Positions 45,957 through 55,892 of a DNA stretch of 64,000 nucleotides are shown here, one piece after another. Numbering within the stretch: the stretch's first letter is position 1; each line of letters begins with the position of its first letter. The notes below the pieces were generated by a model, which made no database searches, had not been told where the DNA came from, and saw only the letters and a list, made by a program, of their open reading frames with translations. The DNA is from Deltaproteobacteria bacterium (GTDB taxonomy: Bacteria; Myxococcota_A; UBA9160; SMWR01): positions 36,166 through 100,165 of the forward strand of contig JAQBGU010000181.1 in NCBI GenBank assembly GCA_032128375.1. The letters run 5' to 3'. The translations under genes were made by a program, and so were the position numbers.

Positions 45957-47878
45957 CAACTCTCCTCCACGCTTATGCGAGCGGGGAGTATGGGGGTTTC
46001 GTCTTCCGCGTCAAGCAGTTCCGCACTGGGTGCTGCGATCAATTTGGATTCCGATTCGAAAGACGCCTCGCTCAGTGAATCGGCCGCAGCATTTCCCCTG
46101 GGGGATTCATCGACTACTTCGGTTTCTGGTGTCGGGATCGGTCCGTCGGGGGCTTTCGCCTCGTCCAGAACCGGATCGTCGCACAGCTCCAAAGGCGCCA
46201 CCTCGACTGCGTCAGCCACATCCGAGTTGCCATCCGAGTTGCCGACTCCGCTCCCCGAACTGGCCGCGAGTTCCTCTTCGAGGGCTTCGACCTTCGTTTC
46301 GATGCTCTCGGGATCGGGTACCACTTCATCCGGCTTGTCGCGGAGCCACTGCAGCGGGAACGAAACCGGTGGACCTGCATCGAGCGCGGATACCTCGAAC
46401 TGTTCTTGATGGAGTCCAGGCACCGCGCGCACCTCGATCTCGCAGCCGAGCTCCTCGCCCAGAGCCAAGCAGGCCTTGCGGGCGCGGCCAAGCAAGACCT
46501 CCGCTACGCGCGAGTTCACGCTGACGGCGATTCGACGGCCCCTGAAGCGCGGCAGATCGTTGCGGATCTCGCGCAATATCTTGTACGCCATACTGTCGCT
46601 CGAAAGTACGTAGCCACGACCTTCGCAGTACGGACATGGCTCGCACATCAGCTGAACCAGGTTCTCCCGCGTGCGTTTGCGGGTCATTTCGACCAGCCCG
46701 AGTTCCGAGATCTTCAATATGTTGGTTCGGGCCTTGTCCTGGCGCAGCTCGTCCTTGAGCTCGCGATACACCTTCTCGCGGTTTTCCGCGCTCTCCATAT
46801 CAATCAGGTCGACGATGATGATTCCGCCGATATTGCGGAAGCGAAGCTGGTAGACGATTTCCCGAATGGCCTCGAGGTTGGTGCGAAGCACGGTCTCCTC
46901 GAGGTCGCGCTTTCCCACGAAGCGGCCGGTGTTGACGTCGATCGCGGTTAGCGCCTCGCTCTGATCGATAATCAGGTAGCCCCCGGATTTCAGCCAGATC
47001 TTCTTGCCCAGGTTGACATCGATCGCTGATTCGATCTTGAAGTGGTCGAAGATCGGCGTCGTACCCGAGTAATGCTCGAGTGTCGGCTTGGGTTCCGCGA
47101 CAAAGCGCGTCAGGAAGTCGTTCATCTGCTCGTAGACTTCGCGGTTATCGATCGTGATTCGCTTGGTCTTGGAGCTGACGAAGTCCCGAATCACGCGCAG
47201 CTGAAGCGGCAACTCTGTATACAGGTTCGATGGAGATATCGCGGTCGCCTTCTGCGACTGGATGTCCTCCCAGACCGAAACCAGATACCGGACGTCGGCC
47301 TCGAGATCCGCCTCGGTGGCGTCGTCTCCGGCGGTGCGAATGATGAACCCGAGGTCGCTTGGCCGCACGCGGTTGACGATGTCGCGCAAGCGGCGACGCT
47401 CGCGGTCGGACTCAATGCGCCGGGAGACCCCAACCCGCTGTGACCAAGGCGTCAAGACCAGGTGGCGACCCGCGATCGAAATGTGCGACGTAATCCGCGC
47501 GCCCTTGCTGCCGATCGGTTCCTTTGCGATCTGGACAATGATTTCCTGGCCCTCGCGCAGCATCGTGTCGATGCTGGGAGGTGGGCGGCTGCCGCCGTTG
47601 CTGCGGCCCCCTCGTCCACGCCGCCCCGAGTCGCCGGCGCCTGGCTTGTCGGGGTCGAAGTAGTCACCTACGTACAGAAAAGCCGCTTTTTCGAGCCCAA
47701 TATCGACAAACGCCGCCTGCATTCCGGGCAGTACGCGCGTGACTCGACCCTTGGTCACAGTGCCCTGGACGTTGGATTCGGTGTCTCGCTCGATATGAAG
47801 TTCGGTGAAGGTGTTTCGCTCGACGATTCCGACACGGGTCTCGCCCGATGTCGCGTTGATCACGATCTCGTTTTGCAT
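45956..47878 (-). CDS. rng: Ribonuclease E/G family protein with acidic C-terminal tail
   Basis: S1 domain (PGMQAAFVDIG), IDVNTG, DLIDM, MTRKR and CPYC; the tail has a 12-bp duplication at 46219-46242. Confidence 0.93.
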   Translation of the reverse strand: MQNEIVINATSGETRVGIVERNTFTELHIERDTESNVQGTVTKGRVTRVLPGMQAAFVDIGLEKAAFLYVGDYFDPDKPGAGDSGRRGRGGRSNGGSRPPPSIDTMLREGQEIIVQIAKEPIGSKGARITSHISIAGRHLVLTPWSQRVGVSRRIESDRERRRLRDIVNRVRPSDLGFIIRTAGDDATEADLEADVRYLVSVWEDIQSQKATAISPSNLYTELPLQLRVIRDFVSSKTKRITIDNREVYEQMNDFLTRFVAEPKPTLEHYSGTTPIFDHFKIESAIDVNLGKKIWLKSGGYLIIDQSEALTAIDVNTGRFVGKRDLEETVLRTNLEAIREIVYQLRFRNIGGIIIVDLIDMESAENREKVYRELKDELRQDKARTNILKISELGLVEMTRKRTRENLVQLMCEPCPYCEGRGYVLSSDSMAYKILREIRNDLPRFRGRRIAVSVNSRVAEVLLGRARKACLALGEELGCEIEVRAVPGLHQEQFEVSALDAGPPVSFPLQWLRDKPDEVVPDPESIETKVEALEEELAASSGSGVGNSDGNSDVADAVEVAPLELCDDPVLDEAKAPDGPIPTPETEVVDESPRGNAAADSLSEASFESESKLIAAPSAELLDAEDETPILPARISVEES

Positions 47879-48210
47879 TCGCCCAACCTTTGGAGGACGC
47901 GCGCCCTGGGGGAAGCGCAGTCGCCCTCTGGCTTGGCGAGCCGGGAAGTCGGGTTCTATTGAACTGTCAAACTGTCATCGTCCCGCACACCGGGACGTTG
48001 GCGGGGCTAGCTGGGATCCAGAGCCCGATGCCGCGGCTCGAACTGAACGGAAACAGCTTCGACGTTTCCGATTTCACAAACAATAATGTCTACTTGAACA
48101 GTAGTGTTGACTCGCACAGGGAATTCTCACAAACGTGTGGACAGGTCGATTCGAATTCTCGAACCCCGCGCAGCGCCCCGCCGCCCGTCCGGCTCGATTC
48201 GGTTCTCCCA

Positions 48211-48401
48211 TCGGATCACTCTGTTGGGTCAGGAGTCGCTTTCGGCGACAATCCGGTGCAAATTCACCGGTGGTACTAACTAATGGTAGTACCATTGGTA
48301 CTACCCTTGGTACTACCCCAACAGAAGGGTCTGACTTGACCACACAAAAATTGTCTTAGTGAGAGAGTCATGAATCAAAGCGCGAAGGTCAAGTCTGATC
48401 C
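48211..48401 (+). promoter_or_regulatory. Candidate structured leader upstream of and overlapping the selA start
   Basis: Nested inverted repeats (see findings); includes a 12-bp GGTACTAC repeat at 48272-48318. Confidence 0.4.
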
Positions 48402-49764
48402 CCGCAGGGCCCTTCCCGCAGTGGACCGACTGGCCGAGGCGGTCACGCAGTTGGAACCGGATTTGCCGAGCTGGGCGGCGTTGGCGGGTTCCCGCCGCAT
48501 CCTCGATAGGGTTCGCGAGCAGCTTTCATCGGGTGGGAGCAGCGAACTCGCCAAGCTGGCCGAGCTGGCTGCGCGGGCGGCCGAAATAGGCAGGACTCTT
48601 TCCCGGGGGCATCCGCGCCGCGTAGTCAACGCAACCGGCATCCCGCTGCATACCAACTTGGGTCGCGCGCCGTTGGCGCCCGGGGCCGCCGCAGCAATCG
48701 CGGCGGCAGCACAAACGTATTCGGATCTCGAGCTGGACCTGCCAACCGGTCGGCGCGGCAATCGGCTGGACCCCATCTGCGCCAAGCTCGAACTGTTGAC
48801 CGAAGCCGAAGCCACGCTGGTCGTCAACAACAACGCTTCCGCACTGTTGCTCGCGCTCGACACACTGGCGAGAGGCAGGGAGGTGATCGTCTCGCGAGGC
48901 GAGCTGGTGGAGATCGGCGGGTCATTTCGAGTTCCGGACATCATGGAGCGGGCCGGCGTCGATCTGATCGAGGTGGGGACCACAAACCGAACGCATGCGG
49001 CCGACTATGCCAATGCGATCAGTCCGCGTACCGCGTTGTTGTTGAAGGTTCACCGCAGCAACTTCGAGCTCAGCGGGTTCGTCGCGGAAACGTCGCTGGC
49101 TCAATTGGCCGAGATCGGTGCGGCGCACGGGGTTCCGGTGGTCGAAGACCTGGGCAGCGGAACCCTGATCGACCTGAGTGATCGTGGATTTCCGGCCGAG
49201 ATTTACGCCCCGGCCAGGTTGGGACTCGGAGCCGACGTCGTGTGCTTCTCAGGCGACAAACTCCTGGGGGGCCCGCAGGCGGGGATTCTGCTCGGTTCGC
49301 ACAGGGAAATCGACGCCATGCGGCGCAACCCGCTGGCCCGGGCACTGCGAATCGACAAGTTGAGCCTCGCCGGGCTCGATTGGACGCTCGAAGCCTACCT
49401 CGACGGGAGAGCCGAGACCGAAATTCCGGTGCTCCGTCAGTTGTTGACACCGCTCGAAGAACTCGAGGACCGGGCTCGCGCGCTCGCCGAACGCCTCGCG
49501 AAGCAGTCTGCTGGTGGTGACCGAAAGATCGCCGTCGCCCGTGACCGAAGCTTTGTGGGGGGCGGGTCGTTACCGGGTTTTGAGCTCGACACCTGGGTGG
49601 TGACGGTTCGCACATCGAACCACGCAGAGCGAGTCGCCGAGTCGCTGCGCGATGCGTCGGAACCCGTGTTGGCGCGCGTCCGCGACGGAGTGGTCGTACT
49701 CGATGTTCGAACCCTGCTCGCGGGCGATGAGGAGATTATCGAAGCTGCGTTCGCCAACAATTGA
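48370..49764 (+). CDS. selA: L-seryl-tRNA(Sec) selenium transferase
   Basis: NATG..HTNLGRA, SRGELVEIGGSFR, EVGTTN, DLGSG and FSGDKLLGGPQAG. Confidence 0.96.
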   Translation: MNQSAKVKSDPRRALPAVDRLAEAVTQLEPDLPSWAALAGSRRILDRVREQLSSGGSSELAKLAELAARAAEIGRTLSRGHPRRVVNATGIPLHTNLGRAPLAPGAAAAIAAAAQTYSDLELDLPTGRRGNRLDPICAKLELLTEAEATLVVNNNASALLLALDTLARGREVIVSRGELVEIGGSFRVPDIMERAGVDLIEVGTTNRTHAADYANAISPRTALLLKVHRSNFELSGFVAETSLAQLAEIGAAHGVPVVEDLGSGTLIDLSDRGFPAEIYAPARLGLGADVVCFSGDKLLGGPQAGILLGSHREIDAMRRNPLARALRIDKLSLAGLDWTLEAYLDGRAETEIPVLRQLLTPLEELEDRARALAERLAKQSAGGDRKIAVARDRSFVGGGSLPGFELDTWVVTVRTSNHAERVAESLRDASEPVLARVRDGVVVLDVRTLLAGDEEIIEAAFANN

Positions 49765-49829
49765 GCCGGACCACTTGATTCTTGACGTAGCTCCGACGGG
49801 AATCCGGGCTAGCATAGAGGCCGGTCGAT

Positions 49830-50447
49830 GTGCTGAATTCAAGCGTTCTCGTACTCAATCGTTCCTTCTTGCCGATTCACGTGACATCGGCACGTCGCGC
49901 ATTTGCGCTGGTCTACATGGAGATCGCGCGCGTCGTCAACCCACAGTATGAGACCTTCGATTTCGAGCAGTGGCGCCGATTCCGCGTCGAGCCAGGTGCG
50001 AAGGGGGTCGGAACCCCTAGCGGGCAGATACCGATTCCGCGCGTCATCCTGCTACCCGGGTTCGACCGCGTCCCGAAACGGCACATTCGATACAGCCGTA
50101 CCAATGTCTTCACTCGAGACAAGTTTACTTGCCAGTATTGCGGTGAGCAGCCGCACCGCTCCCAGCTGAACCTCGACCACGTGATTCCGCGAACGCTGGG
50201 CGGTCGGACGTCTTGGGAGAACGTTGTGTGCAGTTGTGTGGAATGCAACCGACGCAAGGGTGGAAGAACCCCTCAACAAGCGAGACTTCGACTCAAACGG
50301 GTTCCTTCCAAACCCCGATGGACACCCATGATGAACCACATAAGCTCCAGTGTGCGCTACAAGGAGTGGCGACCCTTCTTGAGCATCGTCGACGCAAGCA
50401 GCCACGCGCAGCGGATCGAGAGTACCGACACCACACGAGCCAGTTGA
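49830..50447 (+). CDS. HNH endonuclease (McrA-like)
   Basis: VLVLN..P, RD.FTCQYCG, DHVIP..GG...WEN and C..CN..K. Confidence 0.9.
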   Translation: MLNSSVLVLNRSFLPIHVTSARRAFALVYMEIARVVNPQYETFDFEQWRRFRVEPGAKGVGTPSGQIPIPRVILLPGFDRVPKRHIRYSRTNVFTRDKFTCQYCGEQPHRSQLNLDHVIPRTLGGRTSWENVVCSCVECNRRKGGRTPQQARLRLKRVPSKPRWTPMMNHISSSVRYKEWRPFLSIVDASSHAQRIESTDTTRAS

Positions 50448-50487
50448 ACCGCCAGATTGGCAGCCAGGCCGGCAAAAAAAGAGGTCC

Positions 50488-51588
50488 GTGATTTCCCACG
50501 ACCGCGACAACACAACGAGTTACATCGAAGGCCCTGCTACCGAACAACCGGGCGAAGCTTGCTTGATTCCGATCGGTGGCGGGAAGGGCGGCGTCGGCAA
50601 GAGCTTCGTGGTCGCCAATCTGGCGACGGCGCTCGCTCGCTCCGGCTACCGTGTGATTGCCGTCGATGGGGATCTCGAGGGCGCGAACCTGCACACATGT
50701 CTGGGTGTGGCGAGGCCACGAACCAGCCTGGCGGACTTCGTCGCGCACCGCGAGGAAGACCTGCAAAAGCTGATCCTCGAAACGCCCATCGCGAATCTGC
50801 GCCTGATTGCCGCGACCGATGGCAATCTTGCCTCTCCCCAGCCCAACCATTCACGCCGGGTTCGCTTGACGCGCGAACTCCGCAAGCTGCCGGCCGACTT
50901 CGTGCTGCTGGATCTGGGCGCAGGGACACATTCCGCAGTAATGGACTACTTCATGATTGGCCACGACGGTGTGGTGGTGATCGCACCCGAGCCCACATCT
51001 GTCGAGAACGCCTACGCGTTCATCCGCGCCGCATTCTATCGTCGGCTGCGCTTGGCGATGGTCTCTCACGACGTCCGAAAGGTCGTTACCACGGCGATGG
51101 ATCAGCGCAACGAGCGCGGTATTCGCACACCGAGCGACCTGCTCACGGAGATCCAATCGCTCGATTCGGCCGAAGCCGGTCGCTTCGTCGACACCATGCG
51201 TGCGTTTCGCCCGCGAATCATCATCAATGATGTGAGAACGGCCGAGGATGTGAAACTCGGCTTCTCGATTCGAAGCGTGTGCCGCAAGTATTTCGGCATC
51301 GAGGCGGACTACCTCGGCTACGTCAATCACGATGAGCAGGCGCGGCTCAGCCTGCGGGCGCGTCGGCCGATCGTCGATCTCTACCCGCGTTCGGACGCTG
51401 CGATATATCTGTCGCGGATCGCGCGCAAGCTGTGCGCGACATCGCCCCGCGTCGCCACAGGCGTTCTCTCGAGTGCCACTCCCCGTGCGCAACCGCCGCA
51501 ACGCTTGCCCCCTCGTCCAGCTGCGCCCGCCGCGGAGCCAGCGCCGAATTTCCGATCACAAAGGCCGAACCCTGGTCCGGACTCATGA
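50488..51588 (+). CDS. MinD/FlhG-like P-loop ATPase
   Basis: Deviant Walker A GGKGGVGKS, DGDLEGANL, DLGAG and PEPTSVENAY. Confidence 0.88.
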   Translation: MISHDRDNTTSYIEGPATEQPGEACLIPIGGGKGGVGKSFVVANLATALARSGYRVIAVDGDLEGANLHTCLGVARPRTSLADFVAHREEDLQKLILETPIANLRLIAATDGNLASPQPNHSRRVRLTRELRKLPADFVLLDLGAGTHSAVMDYFMIGHDGVVVIAPEPTSVENAYAFIRAAFYRRLRLAMVSHDVRKVVTTAMDQRNERGIRTPSDLLTEIQSLDSAEAGRFVDTMRAFRPRIIINDVRTAEDVKLGFSIRSVCRKYFGIEADYLGYVNHDEQARLSLRARRPIVDLYPRSDAAIYLSRIARKLCATSPRVATGVLSSATPRAQPPQRLPPRPAAPAAEPAPNFRSQRPNPGPDS

Positions 51589-52232
51589 GATCGCTGTTCG
51601 ATCAGGATCACTACGAAATTCTGGAGACCCCGCGCGACGCGACGCCGCACCAGATCGAACGCAGTTACCGGATGGCGCTCGCCACCTACGCGGACGACTC
51701 GCTGGCCGGCTATTCGGTCTTCTCCGCGGGAGATTCGGCGGCGATCCGGGAGCGGATCGAGGTCGCCTACCGGGTGCTTGGGAATCAAGAGTCGCGCAGT
51801 GCGTATGACGCGACACTCGACAGCTCGGACAGTCTGCTCGATGCATCGCCCGATGCATTGATGGCTGGCCCACAGCAGCCGGTTGGCTCGTTGCTTAGCA
51901 TCGAGGAGCCGCCACGCGAGCTGGCGTCGACAGTCGAGTTCGAAGAACTCGACGACGCCACTGCCGATTTCGACGGTGCTCGCCTGAGGCGATATCGCCT
52001 GCGTTGTGGGATGGAGCTGGAAGACATCGCTGGCATCACGAAAATCAATAACGGCTATCTACTAGCGATCGAGGAAGAGCGGTTCCGTGATCTTCCTTCC
52101 AAGGTCTACGTGCGTGGCTTCGTTACGGCCTTTGCGTCGACACTCGGGTTGAACAGCAAGGAGGTTGCGTCCAGCTACATGAGGTTGTACGACGAGGCGC
52201 AGGATAGTCGGCCCAAGTCGCGGTTCTTCTAG
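51585..52232 (+). CDS. Degenerate J-domain + RodZ-type HTH protein
   Basis: DHYEILE..I.RSY..AY.VL...R.AYD (no HPD), then L...R...LEDIA..TKI..L.AIE...LP..YVRGF; ATGA overlap. Confidence 0.82.
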   Translation: MRSLFDQDHYEILETPRDATPHQIERSYRMALATYADDSLAGYSVFSAGDSAAIRERIEVAYRVLGNQESRSAYDATLDSSDSLLDASPDALMAGPQQPVGSLLSIEEPPRELASTVEFEELDDATADFDGARLRRYRLRCGMELEDIAGITKINNGYLLAIEEERFRDLPSKVYVRGFVTAFASTLGLNSKEVASSYMRLYDEAQDSRPKSRFF

Positions 52233-52241
52233 TCCCCGGCT

Positions 52242-53171
52242 TTGAGCGAATTCGTTGTCGACGCTGTGGACGAGGGGGCGCGGATCGACGCGGCGCTGGC
52301 GAAGCTGGCGGGTATCTCGCGGTCGCAGGCGCAGCGTTGGATCGATGCCGATCGGGTCCGCCTGAACGGGAGCCCGTGTCGGGCGAGCCAGCGAGTCGCG
52401 ACCGGCGACAAAGTTCGCGCTACGAGTCCAGACCCGTTGAAATCGGAGCTGGTGGCAGAGTCGATCCCGCTAGAAATCGTCTACGAGGATTCGGATCTGA
52501 TCGTGATCGACAAGCGCGCTGGGATGGTCGTCCACCCGGCCCCCGGGCATTTGACTGGGACGCTCGTGAATGCACTACTCCACCACTGTGATGACCTCGC
52601 CGGCGTTGGAGGTGTTGCGCGTCCGGGAATCGTTCACCGTTTGGATCGCGGAACCTCGGGAATTCTGGTGGTCGCCAAGACCGACGATGCCCACCGGCAC
52701 CTCGCTGAGCAATTCCACGACCACAGCATCGAGCGGGTCTACCGCGCTGTGGTGCGGGGCACGCCTCGGGCGGAACAAGGCCGTGTGGATCAGCCGATCG
52801 GCCGACATCCAAAGGATCGCAAGCGGATGAGTGTCCGCGGAGTCGCAATGCGCGAAGCGCACACCGCCTGGCGGGTTCATCGCCGTTTTGCTCGGAGTCG
52901 GCATGCACAGCTCGATGTGATGCCAGAAACCGGCCGAACGCACCAGATCCGGGTCCACCTCGCGTCGGTGGGGCTCCCGATTGTGGGCGACCCCGTGTAT
53001 GGGAAGAGCCGTGGCCGCGCCCAGAGCATCGATCGCCCGGCCCTGCATGCGGCCTGTCTCGGTTTCACGCATCCGACATCGAACAAAGCCATGCGCTTCG
53101 AGGCCCCGCTCCCTGCGGATTTCGCGAGGCTCATCGAATCACTGGAGCGCCGCGAAATGATCGCGAGATGA
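52242..53171 (+). CDS. rluD: RluA/RluD family pseudouridine synthase
   Basis: S4 domain, HRLDRGTSG, TGRTHQIRVH, GDPVYG and LHA. Confidence 0.92.
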   Translation: MSEFVVDAVDEGARIDAALAKLAGISRSQAQRWIDADRVRLNGSPCRASQRVATGDKVRATSPDPLKSELVAESIPLEIVYEDSDLIVIDKRAGMVVHPAPGHLTGTLVNALLHHCDDLAGVGGVARPGIVHRLDRGTSGILVVAKTDDAHRHLAEQFHDHSIERVYRAVVRGTPRAEQGRVDQPIGRHPKDRKRMSVRGVAMREAHTAWRVHRRFARSRHAQLDVMPETGRTHQIRVHLASVGLPIVGDPVYGKSRGRAQSIDRPALHAACLGFTHPTSNKAMRFEAPLPADFARLIESLERREMIAR

Positions 53172-53887
53172 GTGGGGTCGAACCGCTGACCCATGAGCTA
53201 CTCGCACGGCTTGGCGTCGAGCATGGCTTCGGCGTCCGCGGGTTCGTCGAGCCGCCAGGCCTGAGACGCCCCAAGCAGGTTCACGGTCGCGAAGTCCTCG
53301 ACGCGGCTGTGATTGCAAACGAACTCGACTCCCAGCCCAGCGCCGGATCGAGCCAGTTCGAAGCCGACGCGATCGTTTCGGGCCAGGTCGGCGTTGGCGT
53401 TGCCATCGTTACCGCGGATTGTGTTCCGATCTTGATCGCGGATCGTGATTCAGGGGTGGTCGCAGCCGTGCACGCAGGATGGAGAGGGCTCGCACGCGGC
53501 GTGATCGGTTCCAGTGTTTCGGTACTCACAGAGCTGGGCGCAGCCCCGAGTCGATTGATAGCCGTCGTCGGGCCATACATCGGCTTGTGTTGCTATGAAG
53601 TCGATGAGCCGGTGCTCTCGGCGTTCCCAAGGCGGTTCGACTCCCTCATGAAGTCGGCGACGCGTGCTACCCGCGCCGGACACGCTCGGCTCGACCTGGG
53701 CGTGCTCGCGCGAGCCGAACTGGTTGGCGGTGGGCTATCGCTGGCGAGAATCGGGTCATTCGCGGGGTTGTGCACGTTCTGCGACCCGGAGCGGTTTCAT
53801 TCCTACCGCCGTGATGGTGCGCGTGCCGGTCGGATGCTGCACTTTGTGCGGACCCCCGGGCCGCGAGATGGGCCGGCCGAGGGTTGA
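53168..53887 (+). CDS. pgeF: YfiH/PgeF family protein
   Basis: QVHG, ADCVP, HAGWRG and SYRR; follows rluD. Confidence 0.9.
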   Translation: MSGVEPLTHELLARLGVEHGFGVRGFVEPPGLRRPKQVHGREVLDAAVIANELDSQPSAGSSQFEADAIVSGQVGVGVAIVTADCVPILIADRDSGVVAAVHAGWRGLARGVIGSSVSVLTELGAAPSRLIAVVGPYIGLCCYEVDEPVLSAFPRRFDSLMKSATRATRAGHARLDLGVLARAELVGGGLSLARIGSFAGLCTFCDPERFHSYRRDGARAGRMLHFVRTPGPRDGPAEG

Positions 53888-53912
53888 CACCGCAAAAACA
53901 CCGTCTTAGGCT
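53884..53912 (+). promoter_or_regulatory. Sigma70 promoter for rho
   Basis: TTGACA-N17-TAGGCT, about 430 bp before the rho start. Confidence 0.7.
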
Positions 53913-54340
53913 TCGTGCGTTCCCTCCATGAAATGGACTCCCGTTCGCTGCATGCACCGTGGCGACCCGGCCGATTCGCTATCGTCAATGTGCGTCTTTC
54001 AAGCGATCCTGAGCCGCTAGGACCCTCGAGCCTCCCCGATAAACCAGCGCAAACCAACCCAACGATCCCCTCCCTTAATGCGATCAATTCATCAACTTTC
54101 ACGCATGGGCAGCCGATAGGAAACTAGAGACGAATCCATCGCGATCCCCTAGAGGCGACCGCCAGCGGATTTCACGCCCATTGACGCCGTGGGCTGCCAG
54201 AAATTGGGCGATGAGTCTCCCCCCGCCTCCAGGTATTCGAACCAGGTTCCAACTCGAACAGATCCTCAAAAAAGAACCTCAGACGCGAACACAGGCCGTT
54301 ACCAGCACGAAAACCCGCACGAAAAAAGAGAGAGCAAACT

Positions 54341-55774
54341 GTGAGCACTCAACGCTCGGGCGATTCGAACAGTCAAGGCCGTTCACGTCGGGGGCGCGGT
54401 CGCCGGCCGCGTTCGAACGACAATCTTGGCAATCGGGACCAGCGTCGCCAGCGCGGGCCTGAATTCCCGGACGACGCTGCGCTCGATGAAGAAATCGATG
54501 TTGACGACGATCCCGACACGCCGCGGATGAACGTCATGGATCTGAAGTCCAAGCGAACCGAAGAACTTGCAGAGCTCGGAGAATCTCTGGGTGTCGAAAA
54601 CGCCGCTGGGCTGCGAAAGCAGGACCTGATTTTCGAGATTCTGAGGGCGCAGACCGCAAACAAGGGCAAGATCTACTCTGAGGGCGTCTTGGAAACGCTT
54701 CCGGACGGTTTCGGTTTCCTGCGAGCGCCCGACCAGAATTATCTCGCCGGTCCCGACGACGTCTACGTCTCGCCGTCCCAGATTCGTCGCTTCAGCCTCA
54801 GGACTGGCGACACGATATTGGGCCAGATTCGGCCACCCAAAGAGGGCGAGCGCTACTTCGCGCTGCTCCAAGTCGACTCGATCAACCTCGAGCCGCCCGA
54901 AGCTGCCAAGCACAAGATTCTCTTCGATAACCTGACGCCGCTGTATCCCCAGGAAAAGTTCAACCTCGAGGCGCCTAGTGGGGGATTGACCACGCGAATC
55001 GTCGACCTGATCGCGCCAATTGGGAAGGGCCAGCGCGCGCTGATCACTTCGCCGCCGAAGGCCGGCAAGACGATGATCCTCAAGGACCTCGCCAACGCGA
55101 TCGCGGAGAACCACCCCGAGACCGTTCTCATCGTGCTCCTGATCGATGAGCGGCCCGAAGAGGTCACCGACATGCAGCGCACGGTGAAGGCGGAAGTGAT
55201 CTCGTCGACATTCGACGAGCCCGCCACGCGACACGTCCAGGTCGCCGACATGGTGATCGAGAAGGCGCGACGGTTGGTCGAGCACAAGCGCGATGTCGTG
55301 ATCCTGCTCGATTCGATCACCCGGCTCGCCCGCGCGCACAATACCGTGGTGCCGCACTCGGGCAAGATCCTCTCCGGCGGCGTCGACTCCAACGCTCTCC
55401 ACAAGCCGAAGCGCTTCTTTGGTGCGGCGCGCAACGTCGAAGAAGGCGGCAGCCTGACGATCATCGGAACCGCACTGATCGATACCGGTTCGCGGATGGA
55501 CGAGGTGATCTTCGAAGAGTTCAAGGGCACGGGCAACAGCGAACTCGTGTTGGACCGCAAGTTGTCGGACCGTCGGACCTACCCGGCCATCGACATCAAC
55601 CGATCCGCAACCCGTCGCGAAGAGTTGTTGATGCTCGATACCACGCTGTCGCGGATGCATATCCTCAGGAAGGTCCTGGCGCCGCTGAATCCAGTCGACT
55701 CGATGGAGTTTCTGTTGGAGAAGGTCAAGGCCACCGAGTCGAACGAGGAATTCCTGGCTTCGATGAATCATTAG
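54341..55774 (+). CDS. rho: Transcription termination factor Rho
   Basis: [34 protein letters not shown] and EEFKGTGN. Confidence 0.98.
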   Translation: MSTQRSGDSNSQGRSRRGRGRRPRSNDNLGNRDQRRQRGPEFPDDAALDEEIDVDDDPDTPRMNVMDLKSKRTEELAELGESLGVENAAGLRKQDLIFEILRAQTANKGKIYSEGVLETLPDGFGFLRAPDQNYLAGPDDVYVSPSQIRRFSLRTGDTILGQIRPPKEGERYFALLQVDSINLEPPEAAKHKILFDNLTPLYPQEKFNLEAPSGGLTTRIVDLIAPIGKGQRALITSPPKAGKTMILKDLANAIAENHPETVLIVLLIDERPEEVTDMQRTVKAEVISSTFDEPATRHVQVADMVIEKARRLVEHKRDVVILLDSITRLARAHNTVVPHSGKILSGGVDSNALHKPKRFFGAARNVEEGGSLTIIGTALIDTGSRMDEVIFEEFKGTGNSELVLDRKLSDRRTYPAIDINRSATRREELLMLDTTLSRMHILRKVLAPLNPVDSMEFLLEKVKATESNEEFLASMNH

Positions 55775-55892
55775 CGGGACAGCGCGACCGCGACGAAGAT
55801 CAAAGCGCTATGGCTGTGTAGAGGCAGTCGCGCGAACAGGCTTCCAAACATGGGTCCAACTATCGCGGCGCTAGGCTGCGGTGGGGTGGGTG

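Noticed and set aside
47890..48279. 129-aa ORF in the rng/selA intergenic region
   Set aside because: Weak start, no motifs, and it spans a divergent promoter region.
48140..48335. Possible tRNA-Sec (selC) or tRNA-Cys next to selA
   Set aside because: No UCA anticodon arm, T-arm or acceptor stem in a cloverleaf on either strand; kept only as a candidate leader.
49830..50447. HNH gene as a mobile element or defence system
   Set aside because: No intron, IS ends, methylase or compositional anomaly; it belongs to a widespread stand-alone HNH type.
54383..55771. Long antisense ORFs (also 28045-29556, 41550-42827, 43152-44429, 11215-12441, 10179-11342)
   Set aside because: Shadow ORFs opposite well-conserved genes, expected in GC-rich DNA; no motifs.
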